A program made the translations under genes and the position numbers. A stretch of DNA of 42,305 bases, from assembly GCA_029864945.1 (NCBI GenBank), contig JAOTSL010000001.1:1-42305 (forward strand), in the 5' to 3' direction. Shown here one piece after another: positions 24,491 to 34,619 of this stretch; position 1 is the first letter of the stretch; every line of letters starts with the position of its first letter. The stretch comes from Gammaproteobacteria bacterium (GTDB lineage: Bacteria > Pseudomonadota > Gammaproteobacteria > S012-40). Under the pieces are notes generated by a model. It did no database searches, was not told the DNA's origin, and saw only the letters and a program-made list of their open reading frames with translations.

Positions 24491-26143
24491 CTAATGATCC
24501 AGACCTTTGTATTTTTCGCGCAATCGGTTTCGAATTGCTATCGCAGTCAAATTTAAAACGATAATGACACATACCAGCAAAAATGCCGTTGAATAAACTA
24601 ATGGTCGTGCCGCTTCAACATTTGGACTTTGGAAACCAACATCAAATATATGAAAACCCAGATGCATAAATTTTCTGTCCAGGTGTAAAAATGGGAAGTC
24701 TCCATCTAAAGGTAATGAAGGTGCTAATTTAACCACACCAACCAACATTAACGGAGCAACCTCGCCTGCTGCACGTGCCACGGCCAGTATCAAGCCAGTC
24801 ATCATTGCCGGGCTAGCCATAGGTAAAACGGTTTTCCAAAGTGTTTCCCACTTTGTGGCACCTAATGCCAAGCTACCCTGACGAATACTGATAGGCACAC
24901 GTGACAAACCTTCTTCAGTTGCAACAATAACAACCGGTACAGTAAGAATGGCTAACGTTAATGAGGCCCAGATAATACCCGGCGTGCCAAATGTTGGTGC
25001 GGGCAATGATTCTGCAAAAAATAGTTGATCTATGTTTCCACCCAGAAAGTAAACGAAAAAACCAAGACCAAATACGCCATAAACAATAGACGGAACACCG
25101 GCGAGATTATTAACGGCTATTCGAATCGTACGAGTCACGACACCTTGTTTTGCATATTCACGCAAATAAACGGCTGCCATAATACCAAATGGCGTAACGA
25201 TTACTGACATGATTAACACCATCATCACCGTACCAAAAATTGCGGGAAATATTCCGCCTTCGGTATTTGCTTCTCTCGGGTCTTCACTAACAAATAACCA
25301 GATGCTTTTTACATAAAAAATGACTTTATCAAAGGTGCCCATTGCATTGGGCTTAAATGCGCGAACAATTGATCCGACTTGCACATCAACAACTGCCCCA
25401 GTCGAAATTTTAACCTGAATCGTGTCACGTTTTATTTGCTGATAAAGGCTAGCCAACTTACTTTGAAATGATTTATAGCGCGCGTCAAGAATGGTTTTTT
25501 CATTCTCAATTTCCTGTTTTGCCCGGGCATCAAATTTGTTTTTTAATTCCAGCTTTCTCTGCTTCAGGCGTAAACGTTCCATCTCATAATTTACGCTACC
25601 AATTTCGTGTTTTTCTATTGACGTAATGTCTTCTTGAAGTTTGGTTGCCCTAGCAAGACGCTCATTAAATGCAGGCCATACAGCAGTAGATTCAGCTACG
25701 AGGTTTCCGTCTTCTTTTACGCTTTCAATAAAGCCATAAAGATTGCCCCATTCCATACGTTCAAAAACAACTATTTCTTTAGGAAATGTTTCACCTACTA
25801 CATTGTCTGCAATCAACCAACGAAAATCTGGAGCATCTACATCACGATTACCTGTTTTCACCAAATAACGTGTAATAAGCATTTTATCAGTTTCAATGAT
25901 AACACCTGCATCTTTCAGGCGTTCCTTTGAAACTTGCTCACTATCGAAAACTTCGCCAATAACCGTATCAGTCTTACCATCACTGGTTCTCAAATCCATC
26001 TGATGTATTTGACCAGGCCAGTACATACTTAAACCACGCACAGCAATCAGGCCAATAAGACCGACGACCATGATTAAACTAATGCTGACAGTCGCGGCAG
26101 ATAACCAAATCCAGGGGGAGCCACTTTTAAACCAGTTTTTCAC
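24491..26143 (-). CDS. pstA: Phosphate ABC transporter permease PstA (long form)
   Basis: 550 aa. N-terminal TM, a ~250-aa extracytoplasmic/coiled insert, then an ABC permease core with an EAA-like loop ([19 protein letters not shown]). Confidence 0.9.
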   Translation of the reverse strand: MKNWFKSGSPWIWLSAATVSISLIMVVGLIGLIAVRGLSMYWPGQIHQMDLRTSDGKTDTVIGEVFDSEQVSKERLKDAGVIIETDKMLITRYLVKTGNRDVDAPDFRWLIADNVVGETFPKEIVVFERMEWGNLYGFIESVKEDGNLVAESTAVWPAFNERLARATKLQEDITSIEKHEIGSVNYEMERLRLKQRKLELKNKFDARAKQEIENEKTILDARYKSFQSKLASLYQQIKRDTIQVKISTGAVVDVQVGSIVRAFKPNAMGTFDKVIFYVKSIWLFVSEDPREANTEGGIFPAIFGTVMMVLIMSVIVTPFGIMAAVYLREYAKQGVVTRTIRIAVNNLAGVPSIVYGVFGLGFFVYFLGGNIDQLFFAESLPAPTFGTPGIIWASLTLAILTVPVVIVATEEGLSRVPISIRQGSLALGATKWETLWKTVLPMASPAMMTGLILAVARAAGEVAPLMLVGVVKLAPSLPLDGDFPFLHLDRKFMHLGFHIFDVGFQSPNVEAARPLVYSTAFLLVCVIIVLNLTAIAIRNRLREKYKGLDH

Positions 26144-26159
26144 TTAATCATACCTTCGA

Positions 26160-28415
26160 CTATAGGGAGCTGTATTTGGATCGTAAATGTTGTCTTACGA
26201 CTTCGGCGATCGTATTAAACATAAACGTGAACATAAATAATATAAGAGCAGCAAGAAACAGTACACGATAATGCGTACTACCCACTTCTGACTCTGGCAT
26301 TTCTACTGCAATATTTGCTGAGAACGTCCTCATGCCTTCAAAAAAGCTGAAGTCCAGAACAGGTGTATTACCCGTTGCCATAAGCACTATCATTGTTTCG
26401 CCCACTGCGCGGCCAAAGCCAATCATCACCGCTGAAAATATTCCAGGACTTGCTGTTAAAATCACGACTCGAATTAATGTTTGCCATGGTGTTGCGCCAA
26501 GGGCAAGAGAACCAGTAGTGAGATGCTTAGGTACACTGAATATAGCATCCTCAGCGATGGAGAAAATAGTAGGAATAATAGCGAAGCCCATAGCAAACCC
26601 GACAACCATGGCATTACGCTGATCATAACCAATACCCATCTCATTATTTAACCAGTTTGGTAAGTTGCCGCCGAATAACGCGGACTCCAACAAAGGGCTA
26701 ACTTCAATTGAGACCCATACAAAAAAGATAATAACGGGCAATAATAAAATCGGCTGCCAACCTTCCGGTACCCAGCCAACCAACGAGTGAGGCAGCTTGT
26801 ACCATACATAGGCAAACAATAAAATGAACACCGGTAATAGAAATACGACAGAAAATACGCCTGGCATGTGTGTTTCAAGAAAAGGGGCAAACCATAAGCC
26901 GGCTAAAAAACCTAATATTACGGTTGGTAATGCCTCCATAATTTCAATTGTTGGTTTTACCGTTTGTCGCAACTTTGGTGACATAAAATACGCAGTATAA
27001 ATCGCACCCAAAATCGCCAAAGGCATAGCAACAAGCATGGCGTAAAATGCCGCCTTCAATGTACCAAACGATAGGGGCACCAAGCTAAATTTTGGCTCAA
27101 ATTCATTACTTGCCGAAGATGATTGCCAAATATATTCAGGCTCTGCATATCCTTCATACCAGACTTTATTCCACAAAGAGGTTATCGATATTTCAGGATA
27201 TTCATTGGTGATATGCCAATACTGAATTGTCCCATCGTCTGATTCTGCAATAAAATGATTGGCACGTGGCGATATTGCCAGGTAAGTCACTTTCCCTGAA
27301 TCAATATTTTGCTGTAATAGAGTTTTGTGCGCAGTAAGGTGGTGAATGCCTAATTCACCTTTTTCATTAATACTAATAAAACCTTTGCGGAAAAATTCTG
27401 AAGCTATATTTACAACTGGGGAATTACTTTCCGCAAATTCACGGACAAATGTTAACGAATATTTATTGTTTTCATCCCTTACTGGAAACCATTGAGCTAT
27501 CCGGCCATTGTCGTACCCAACAAGAATTGAGAAACTACCCGCAGCAAATTTTATATCCGTTATTTTCCCACCTGATTCTACAAGACTTTTTCTTTCAAAA
27601 AGCTGCACATCATCTTTGTCACTAATGTCGTAAAAATATACCGAGTCTTTCTCATCAAAAACAAAAATCATTCGCTGCGTATTATCAATAAGAATTTTTG
27701 TGGGGTTATAATTTAACGTTTCTACGTCATAGTCCGTTTTTTCAAAGGAAACTTCATCGTCAAACATTGACTCTTCAAATTCAAACGATGAAATACGTAC
27801 TGTATTGGCGGGATTAATTGATACAAGTATCAGGCTTTCTTCATTTTTTTGAAGTGTAAGATGATTTATCGCCTCACCACCGGTAAAAATTTCTATCGGC
27901 TCTTCACCCAATATATATTCATATTTCGGCGTTATTATTTTTTCGTTTTCAGTGTAATTAACTGTAAAGCCCGCTTTAACAACAACTGCAGATCCATCCT
28001 CCAAACCGTAAGCAATGATTCCACTGCTAACCTCTGCCGTCGCAAAAGAGGTGACTGGCGATTCTACAAGCTGTTTTTCATCAATGACTTTACCGGTATC
28101 TGCATAAAATGAAATTGCTTTACCTGTACCGGTGAAACGTATTCCGATTTTACCCTGCTCATCGAGAATATAATGAATACTATCGCCGGCTTGCGCCGAA
28201 GGCACGCTATAGGTTTGCAGTTTTTTTATCTCTGCCGACTCAAATAGTGGAAAAACCACCATGAGCAAGTAGAAAAAAATCAGCGTAATCGCAACAATAA
28301 CGCTCAGACCACCTAAAGATACTACCCAGGCGGCAAGTTTGTCATTTAGCATTCGCCATTTCTGGCGCTTGGAGTTATTGGCGAATAAATCGCCTTTTGA
28401 AGAGGTTATATTCAT
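26160..28415 (-). CDS. pstC: Phosphate ABC transporter permease PstC (long form); start codon uncertain
   Basis: 751 aa. One N-terminal TM, a ~400-aa periplasmic domain, then a permease core ([19 protein letters not shown]). A Pho-box array ends only ~15 nt upstream of the annotated ATG. Confidence 0.9.
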   Translation of the reverse strand: MNITSSKGDLFANNSKRQKWRMLNDKLAAWVVSLGGLSVIVAITLIFFYLLMVVFPLFESAEIKKLQTYSVPSAQAGDSIHYILDEQGKIGIRFTGTGKAISFYADTGKVIDEKQLVESPVTSFATAEVSSGIIAYGLEDGSAVVVKAGFTVNYTENEKIITPKYEYILGEEPIEIFTGGEAINHLTLQKNEESLILVSINPANTVRISSFEFEESMFDDEVSFEKTDYDVETLNYNPTKILIDNTQRMIFVFDEKDSVYFYDISDKDDVQLFERKSLVESGGKITDIKFAAGSFSILVGYDNGRIAQWFPVRDENNKYSLTFVREFAESNSPVVNIASEFFRKGFISINEKGELGIHHLTAHKTLLQQNIDSGKVTYLAISPRANHFIAESDDGTIQYWHITNEYPEISITSLWNKVWYEGYAEPEYIWQSSSASNEFEPKFSLVPLSFGTLKAAFYAMLVAMPLAILGAIYTAYFMSPKLRQTVKPTIEIMEALPTVILGFLAGLWFAPFLETHMPGVFSVVFLLPVFILLFAYVWYKLPHSLVGWVPEGWQPILLLPVIIFFVWVSIEVSPLLESALFGGNLPNWLNNEMGIGYDQRNAMVVGFAMGFAIIPTIFSIAEDAIFSVPKHLTTGSLALGATPWQTLIRVVILTASPGIFSAVMIGFGRAVGETMIVLMATGNTPVLDFSFFEGMRTFSANIAVEMPESEVGSTHYRVLFLAALILFMFTFMFNTIAEVVRQHLRSKYSSL

Positions 28416-28429
28416 AGCTTGCGAATAGT

Positions 28430-28458
28430 ATTACAGAAATATGACAGTTTTATTACAG
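28430..28458 (-). promoter_or_regulatory. Pho-box array (three heptamers phased at 11 bp) upstream of pstC
   Basis: + strand ATTACAG-aaat-ATGACAG-tttt-ATTACAG, i.e. CTGTAAT-aaaa-CTGTCAT-attt-CTGTAAT on the gene strand. Matches the E. coli CTGTCAT-N4 Pho-box logic and the pstS site in this window. Confidence 0.7.
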
Positions 28459-28518
28459 CTTGTTTTTTGTTCATTTTCAGCTCGCAACCCATTTTTTTTA
28501 AGTTAATGATATTTAACG

Positions 28519-28956
28519 TTATTGCTCAAACATCTTCATTCCGTTAACCATACTAATCACTCTGCGCTTAATTTCATCACGTGTAATCCGAAAGGCTTCC
28601 ATTATTTCGTATTCTGAACCTGCGGCTTTAGCTGGGTCGCTTAATGGCCAGTGCTTTTTTCTCACATGTACCGGGAGTGCAGGACAGCTTTCGTCTGCAT
28701 GGCCACACACGCTAACCAGTAAATCCGCCCATTCCAGCATGTCAGGCGATAGAATCATTGATTCCTGTTCGGAAATATCAACTCCATCATCGAACATTAT
28801 CGCAATTGCCCTTGGGTTTTTGCCGTGCGCCTCTATTCCTGCAGATTTCGCCTCAATCCAATCTTTGCCTAGCGTATTAGCGTATCCTTCCGCCATTTGA
28901 GACCGGCATGAGTTGCCTGTACAAAGAAATAATATATGCGCTTTTCGTTTATACAT
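28519..28956 (-). CDS. arsC: Thioredoxin-coupled arsenate reductase (LMW-PTPase family ArsC)
   Basis: ILFLCTGNSCRSQMAEGY P-loop (CX5R). DLLVSVCGHADESCPALP...KKHWPLSDP carries the two downstream Cys, like pI258-type ArsC. The track start at 29016 is probably too far upstream; M21 (28956) or M16 (28971) is likelier. Confidence 0.8.
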   Translation of the reverse strand: MYKRKAHILFLCTGNSCRSQMAEGYANTLGKDWIEAKSAGIEAHGKNPRAIAIMFDDGVDISEQESMILSPDMLEWADLLVSVCGHADESCPALPVHVRKKHWPLSDPAKAAGSEYEIMEAFRITRDEIKRRVISMVNGMKMFEQ

Positions 28957-29033
28957 GGTGATTATCTTCATCCACATGCGGCGAGTACTTACGCTAATAA
29001 TACGCAAGACAAGCAAAACCGCAATAACAATTA

Positions 29034-29136
29034 AACCTAGAATCCGCAGTTAGATTCGACTTTATAGTGCAGGATATTGACTAGGTGCATCAAGAGCTTG
29101 TGCTAGAAATCGCGATCCAACTGCGGAATCTAGGTT
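29034..29136. repeat. REPIN-like inverted pair of the REP-like 18-mer (24-bp imperfect stem, ~55-nt loop)
   Basis: aacctagaatccgcagttagattc (29034-29057) pairs with the reverse complement of gatccaactgcggaatctaggtt (29113-29136) at ~22/25. The core 18-mer is identical to 13176-13193. Confidence 0.7.
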
Positions 29137-29345
29137 AAACTCAGCACAATTTTTGTAGATGCATATTTACTATACCAAAGCCGATTAGCTCACCAATCAA
29201 GACTACAAGCGCAAAACCTAGAACAAAGGAAACCTTAACAACAGCGGGACAATATTCACCCGCAATAACCTTGGGTAGTCACTTATCTTACACTAAATTA
29301 TGCCATTTAGAATTTGAAGGCATTACAAAACATAATTCTACAAAT

Positions 29346-29380
29346 GCAAAAAAGGGAAGAACAATGTTCTTCCCTTTTTA
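29346..29380 (-). terminator. Rho-independent terminator after pstS
   Basis: gggaagaac-aat-gttcttccc, flanked by A-run/T-run (bidirectional shape), 25 nt after the pstS stop. Confidence 0.85.
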
Positions 29381-29404
29381 TGGCTTTAATTAAATAAAGC
29401 TATT

Positions 29405-30388
29405 TTACAATTTACCCATGTATTTTTTGACCACTTTCGCTGGTAGCGGGATATATCCGTCTTTTATTACGACTTCCTGACCCTGTTTTGACATAACCAT
29501 TTTAATAAACTCGCTATCTAAAGGTGATAATGGCTTATTTGGCTTTTTGTTAACATACACATACAAAAAACGTGATAGAGGATAGCTTCCTTTAACTGCA
29601 TTTTCTGGTGTTGCTTCTATAAATGCTTTGCCTGCTTTCTTACTAAGTGGAACAGCTCTTACGCCAGAAGTTCTATAACCAATGCCTGAGTAGCCAATAC
29701 CGTTTAAAGACGTCGCCGTTGATTGAACCACTGATGCTGAACCTGGCTGCTCATTTACATTATTTTTAAAGTCACCTTTACAAAGCGCTTTCTTTTTAAA
29801 GTAACCATATGTTCCTGATACTGAGTTACGACCAAAGATCTGAATGCTACGTGATTTCCACGATCCATCTAGGTCAAGGTCTCCCCAGTTTGTAATATCA
29901 CCTTCGTAATGACATTTTCTGGTAGAGGAAAAAATCGCATCAACTTGTGGAATTGTTAATCCTTTAATAGGGTTATCTTTGTGTACATAAACCGCTAAAG
30001 CGTCAATTGCAACCGGTATTGCAGTCGGCTTGTAACCGTGGCGACGCTCGAAGGCTTCAATTTCTTTGCTTTTCATCTTACGGCTCATTGGCCCTAGATT
30101 TGACGTTCCTTCAGTTAACGCTGGTGGTGCAGTTGAAGAACCCGCAGCCTGAATTTGAACATTCACATTTGGGTAAAATCGCTTAAATTGCTCAGCCCAT
30201 AATGTCATTAAGTTAGCCAGTGTGTCAGAACCAACACTGGATATGTTACCTGATACGCCGCTAACAGGCTTATATTCGGTTAAACCAGGATCAAGCTCTG
30301 CACCAGCAAAACTTGCATTGGATGCCCCAAAAGCCAGCGCCCCGAAAAGGACAAAGGGGGTAATTGTATTTTTTGAGTAGAATTTCAT
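29405..30388 (-). CDS. pstS: Phosphate ABC transporter substrate-binding protein (PstS family)
   Basis: 327 aa. Signal peptide ...[33 protein letters not shown] and GTYGYF motifs. Pho boxes upstream. Confidence 0.9.
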   Translation of the reverse strand: MKFYSKNTITPFVLFGALAFGASNASFAGAELDPGLTEYKPVSGVSGNISSVGSDTLANLMTLWAEQFKRFYPNVNVQIQAAGSSTAPPALTEGTSNLGPMSRKMKSKEIEAFERRHGYKPTAIPVAIDALAVYVHKDNPIKGLTIPQVDAIFSSTRKCHYEGDITNWGDLDLDGSWKSRSIQIFGRNSVSGTYGYFKKKALCKGDFKNNVNEQPGSASVVQSTATSLNGIGYSGIGYRTSGVRAVPLSKKAGKAFIEATPENAVKGSYPLSRFLYVYVNKKPNKPLSPLDSEFIKMVMSKQGQEVVIKDGYIPLPAKVVKKYMGKL

Positions 30389-30479
30389 TTAACACTCCAG
30401 AAAATTATTCATTAAACTTATTCATACGCCAATACAAATAAGCACGCTTCAAAACATGTGTGAATTATGCTGAGACTTC

Positions 30480-30519
30480 CTGACAGTTTTATTACACTAA
30501 TGTGACAGTTTTATTACAT
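30480..30519 (-). promoter_or_regulatory. Double Pho box (four 11-bp-phased heptamers) and -10 of the pstS promoter
   Basis: + strand CTGACAG-tttt-ATTACAC-taat-GTGACAG-tttt-ATTACAT. A CATAAT -10 (gene strand, + coords 30464-30469) lies ~10 nt downstream of the proximal heptamer, as in PhoB-dependent promoters. Confidence 0.8.
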
Positions 30520-30637
30520 GATGTAAAATCAATAAGTTATATAGACCAAGCAGCCATTATTTATGACAGAATAATGACTTTAGCTGGTTTAACCAATCAA
30601 TTTCACTAAAAAAACGTGTATAGAATATAGCCTAAGT

Positions 30638-31354
30638 CTAATAATATTGCTCAATGGTCTTCATTGATACCGAATAATGGTAATGAATTTGCTCTTCCGT
30701 ATATCGATGCTCTACTGCAACCGGACACCGGATTCGTGCGACACATTGATTTCTACAAACAGAATCTATCCGTTTTCGATATTCAACGCAGGTATTTAAA
30801 GAAAACTCGCTATTGGCTAATGCACCAGCCGGACAAGATTTAACACAGTCTTTGCTTAAACAAGTATCGCAAGGAGATCCTGATTTCATTTTTTTAGTTT
30901 CAGTAAAATGGGTATCAGCTAACACTACAGCCCGATACGCATACCAACTTCCCCATTGCGAATTAATACCCACCTTCATAGGTGACGCATGATGCCACCC
31001 TGCTAAATCACCTAAACGTTGCAAGCCTATCGGTCGATCATCCGGATAACGTAATTCATATTTTGAGTTCGGAAAATTTTGTGTGAAAAACGAATTTACC
31101 GTGCTAACTGAAAAATCATCCACTGGGTTCTCAGTCTTCATGCCTGAGGCCTGTAAACACCGCCACATATCTCTACCGCCGTGCGCAATCAAAATAAGCT
31201 GACGATACAATAACAAGCTTTCGCTACCACCCAGGCTTTGCAGCACATCTTGAGGCAAATCGCTCAAATTAAAAACAGCCTGCATATTCAGGCCCCGCTG
31301 ATTAAAATACGCCTCGTCAAAATTATTATTTGCTTTTACAGCTGTCGTTTTCAA
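30638..31354 (-). CDS. 4Fe-4S cluster-binding protein (function unknown); start uncertain (TTG 31354 or ATG 31285)
   Basis: C-terminal CDTCLSKDCVKSCP ... CVEYRKRIDSVCRNQCVARIRCP are ferredoxin-like Cys clusters. The N-terminal ~150 aa were not recognised. Confidence 0.55.
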   Translation of the reverse strand: MKTTAVKANNNFDEAYFNQRGLNMQAVFNLSDLPQDVLQSLGGSESLLLYRQLILIAHGGRDMWRCLQASGMKTENPVDDFSVSTVNSFFTQNFPNSKYELRYPDDRPIGLQRLGDLAGWHHASPMKVGINSQWGSWYAYRAVVLADTHFTETKKMKSGSPCDTCLSKDCVKSCPAGALANSEFSLNTCVEYRKRIDSVCRNQCVARIRCPVAVEHRYTEEQIHYHYSVSMKTIEQYY

Positions 31355-31487
31355 ACTATTGTTATCTCACTCATAAAATATTGGGGCGTTTGCAAAATGT
31401 AAGGGAGGATTATCAAGAGAACGATAATTTCATAAAATACCCAAATAAACTATAATTCGCGAAACTAATTTTAAGGTAAACAGAATA

Positions 31488-32069
31488 ATGACGACTGAAA
31501 AAGCATTACTTGAACGTAGCGAATCCAAATGTGAGCTATGTAGCGCAACCGAGGATCTCGCTACTTATGAGGTTCCACCTGAGTCAAACGGTAATGTAGA
31601 TGATTCCATTCTTATCTGTAACACCTGCCGCGAACAAATTGAAAACCCAGAAAAAGTAAATATTAATCACTGGCGCTGCCTTAACGATAGCATGTGGAGC
31701 CAGGTACCTGCGGTGCAAGTCATGGCTTGGCGTATGCTGTCACGCTTGAGTGCTGAAGGTTGGCCGCAAGAGTTACTCGATATGCTCTACTTGGATGACG
31801 AAACCCTAACATGGGCAAAAGCAACAGGTGAAGGACAGTCAACCGAAGATACAATTAAACACATTGATAGCAACGGCGTCACACTTGAAGCGGGCGACAC
31901 TGTAACACTGATCAAGGATTTAGTAGTTAAAGGCGCAAACTTTACAGCCAAACGCGGCACTGCTGTGCGCGGTATTTCATTGGTGGCTGATAACGCGGAG
32001 CATATTGAAGGCCGAGTGAGTGGTCAACAAATTGTGATATTGACAAAATTTGTTAAAAAATCAAATTAA
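31488..32069 (+). CDS. phnA: PhnA-family protein (long form, zinc ribbon + PhnA C-terminal domain)
   Basis: CELCSATEDL...CNTCREQ ribbon. C-terminal GDTVTLIKDLVVKGANFTAKRGTAVRGISLV...IVILTKFVKK is the PhnA signature. Confidence 0.8.
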   Translation: MTTEKALLERSESKCELCSATEDLATYEVPPESNGNVDDSILICNTCREQIENPEKVNINHWRCLNDSMWSQVPAVQVMAWRMLSRLSAEGWPQELLDMLYLDDETLTWAKATGEGQSTEDTIKHIDSNGVTLEAGDTVTLIKDLVVKGANFTAKRGTAVRGISLVADNAEHIEGRVSGQQIVILTKFVKKSN

Positions 32070-32239
32070 GTTTGGCTTCCGGTTGTGATTTGGAGTGATC
32101 ATGGCACGGCAAAGTTAAACTAAAAAGCAAACTAGCCCATGGATGGGCGTATTTAGAACAAAACAGGGGCAATTAATTTATATTATTATCGTCCGTTTAG
32201 GAGGGTGTTTAGTTTTAAGTTACCACCTTCACACTCTCA

Positions 32240-33565
32240 TTAACCGGCGTTGTTAATTGACGATACCTGTTTTTTTGATATTACAATTCGAGTATCAGGA
32301 AAATTACACGAAAACTGACTGCCCTTACCTAATTCACTGGTAATCGATAAAGCACCATCATGGCGTTGTAACACATGCTTTACAATTGCGAGCCCCAAAC
32401 CAGTACCACCAGTTTCTCGAGATCGCGCTTCATCAACCCTAAAAAATCGCTCAGTTAATCGCGGAATATCCATACTGGAAATACCCATACCGGAATCTTC
32501 TACAATAAAATGTGCGCCGGTAGCATCGCTAAACCATTTGATGTGAATTCTTCCGCCTTTGGGTGTATATCGCACGGCATTGCTGACCAGATTTGAAAAC
32601 GCGCTTTGAATATCTTCCCGGCGACCCATTATTCTCAATGTTGAATCATAATCAGCCGTCAATGCCTGCGTTTTATCGTGACCCAACATCCTCGCTTCTT
32701 CGAGTAACATTTCAATTAATTCAGGCACTTCTACTTCTGCACCAACAATTGATTCTGTGTAATTTTCGAGACGAGTTAATAAAAGCAGGTCTTTAACAAT
32801 TCCCTGCATACGATTAGTTTGCGCATACATATGCTGCATGGGTTGAAACCAGGGGTTTTCATGTGATTTTTTATTGATGGTTAAGGTTTCCATATAACCA
32901 GTCAATACAGTTAAAGGGGTGCGTAATTCATGAGATATATTAGCAACAAAATGTCGGCGCACCTGCTCTAGTCGGCTCACCTGAGTAATGTCCCTTGCAA
33001 CCAAAAGCGCTTTACCTTTGCCGTAAGGTGCAATTCTCAACTGTAGGGCTAAAGACTCATCAAACGGAGACAATATCTCCATGTCGCGTTCAGCATCAAG
33101 CTGATTTTCTACAAATGCCTTAAATGCGGGATAACGAATTAAATTACTGATGTGCTGTTCAATATCCTGCGGGGCTTTAAGCCCGAGTAGCCGCCTTGCC
33201 GCTTGATTAAACCATTCAATTTTACCCTCTTGAGTAAGAATGATCATGGCATCAGGCATTGCTGAAGCAGCCTCCTGAAAACGCGTCAGCGCAGCAGCGA
33301 GTTTAACTTTTTGGCTTTTATTACGCTTTTGTAATTTAAATATCCGATTAAAGATACCAAACCAAATACCATTACCTTCGGGGGGCTCTACATTGCTTTT
33401 GGGCTCCGCCAGCCATTTAGACAGTTTATTTATGTAAAAAAGGTGACGAATAAGATAAATTGACATACCTATCAGCATGCCAAGAGAAATATCTCCTAAC
33501 AAAAACCCGACAAAAGCGCCCAAACTAACAATTAATATCAGACGCCAATATTCAGCTAAAAGCAT
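32240..33565 (-). CDS. phoR: Phosphate regulon sensor histidine kinase PhoR
   Basis: 441 aa. Two N-terminal TM helices, PAS, H-box FVANISHELRTPLT, N/G boxes (NAVRYTP, DSGMGI, GGTGLGLAIVKH). Downstream of phoB. Confidence 0.9.
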   Translation of the reverse strand: MLLAEYWRLILIVSLGAFVGFLLGDISLGMLIGMSIYLIRHLFYINKLSKWLAEPKSNVEPPEGNGIWFGIFNRIFKLQKRNKSQKVKLAAALTRFQEAASAMPDAMIILTQEGKIEWFNQAARRLLGLKAPQDIEQHISNLIRYPAFKAFVENQLDAERDMEILSPFDESLALQLRIAPYGKGKALLVARDITQVSRLEQVRRHFVANISHELRTPLTVLTGYMETLTINKKSHENPWFQPMQHMYAQTNRMQGIVKDLLLLTRLENYTESIVGAEVEVPELIEMLLEEARMLGHDKTQALTADYDSTLRIMGRREDIQSAFSNLVSNAVRYTPKGGRIHIKWFSDATGAHFIVEDSGMGISSMDIPRLTERFFRVDEARSRETGGTGLGLAIVKHVLQRHDGALSITSELGKGSQFSCNFPDTRIVISKKQVSSINNAG

Positions 33566-33633
33566 TTATGCTAGCGCTCCTGTTTACCCAAGTTTATGTA
33601 TGATTACTTAGTTTGTTTAAATTTTCGTCTGCA

Positions 33634-34329
33634 TTATAAACTTATTGGGGAGAAACGATAACCCGAACCACGAACCGTTTGCACCATGTGATCATGGCCA
33701 TCTGCCTCCAATGCTTTTCTCAACCGGCGAATGTGCACGTCTACGGTTCTTTCCTCGACATATACATCATTTCCCCAAACATTATCCAATAACTGAGTGC
33801 GAGAAAAAACCCGCTCTGGATGCGACATGAAAAAATGTAACAATTTAAACTCAATCGGACCAACATTAACCGGTTTTTGATTGCTGCTTACCCTGTGACT
33901 TTTTTCGTTAAGTACCAGTCCATCATATTCCAGAACTTCCTCGGTCACTTTATTACTGCTAACTCGCCTTAATACCGCGTTAATTCGGGCAATTAGCTCC
34001 CGAGGGGAAAATGGTTTGGTCAAATAGTCATCGGCGCCTGCGTTCAAGCCCTGAATTTTATCATCCTCTTCCGCTTTAGCTGTGAGCATAATGATCGGAA
34101 TGTGTTTGTATTCCGCTTCCTTTTTTAAACGACTACATAACTCCACGCCGCTTATTCCAGGCAACATCCAGTCTAGTATCAACAGATCAATACTATTTTC
34201 AGAAATACACACCATTGCCTCTTGTGTGTTTTCTGCCTGAATAACCTCAAAGCCTGCGTCTTGCAATACAAACAGCAACATTTGCCTGATAGCAAACTCA
34301 TCTTCAACTAATAGTACTTTTTGCACCAT
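33634..34329 (-). CDS. phoB: Phosphate regulon response regulator PhoB (OmpR family)
   Basis: 231 aa. Receiver domain (VEDE...LLILDWMLPG...LTAK) plus winged-helix (VDVHIRRLRKAL...VQTVRGSGYRF). Confidence 0.9.
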   Translation of the reverse strand: MVQKVLLVEDEFAIRQMLLFVLQDAGFEVIQAENTQEAMVCISENSIDLLILDWMLPGISGVELCSRLKKEAEYKHIPIIMLTAKAEEDDKIQGLNAGADDYLTKPFSPRELIARINAVLRRVSSNKVTEEVLEYDGLVLNEKSHRVSSNQKPVNVGPIEFKLLHFFMSHPERVFSRTQLLDNVWGNDVYVEERTVDVHIRRLRKALEADGHDHMVQTVRGSGYRFSPISL

Positions 34330-34377
34330 TTTAGTAATCTTTTTTTATGAATCAAGTAACTATTAAAACGGAATAAT

Positions 34378-34406
34378 ATGACAAAATTGTTACAATATTA
34401 ATCAAA
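34378..34406 (-). promoter_or_regulatory. Candidate Pho box upstream of phoBR (degenerate)
   Basis: + strand ATGACAA-aatt-GTTACAA-tatt-AATCAAA with the same 11-bp phasing as the pstS/pstC sites, ~50 nt upstream of the phoB ATG. Confidence 0.5.
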
Positions 34407-34619
34407 GTGCCATATTTCTGAAACAATAGTTGATTATAAGCATAAATATGTGTAATCAAAGGTTTATTAACGGCTTAGAGCATAGCAACATTAAACTGCA
34501 TCATATTAAATAAATAGTGGGTAAAAACAAGGTAACATAAAGAAAAAGTGCTGCTAATGCTCTCAAAATACCTTAATCTGAGACTCGCAATAAATCATCC
34601 CCTACATAAAGACACTCAA

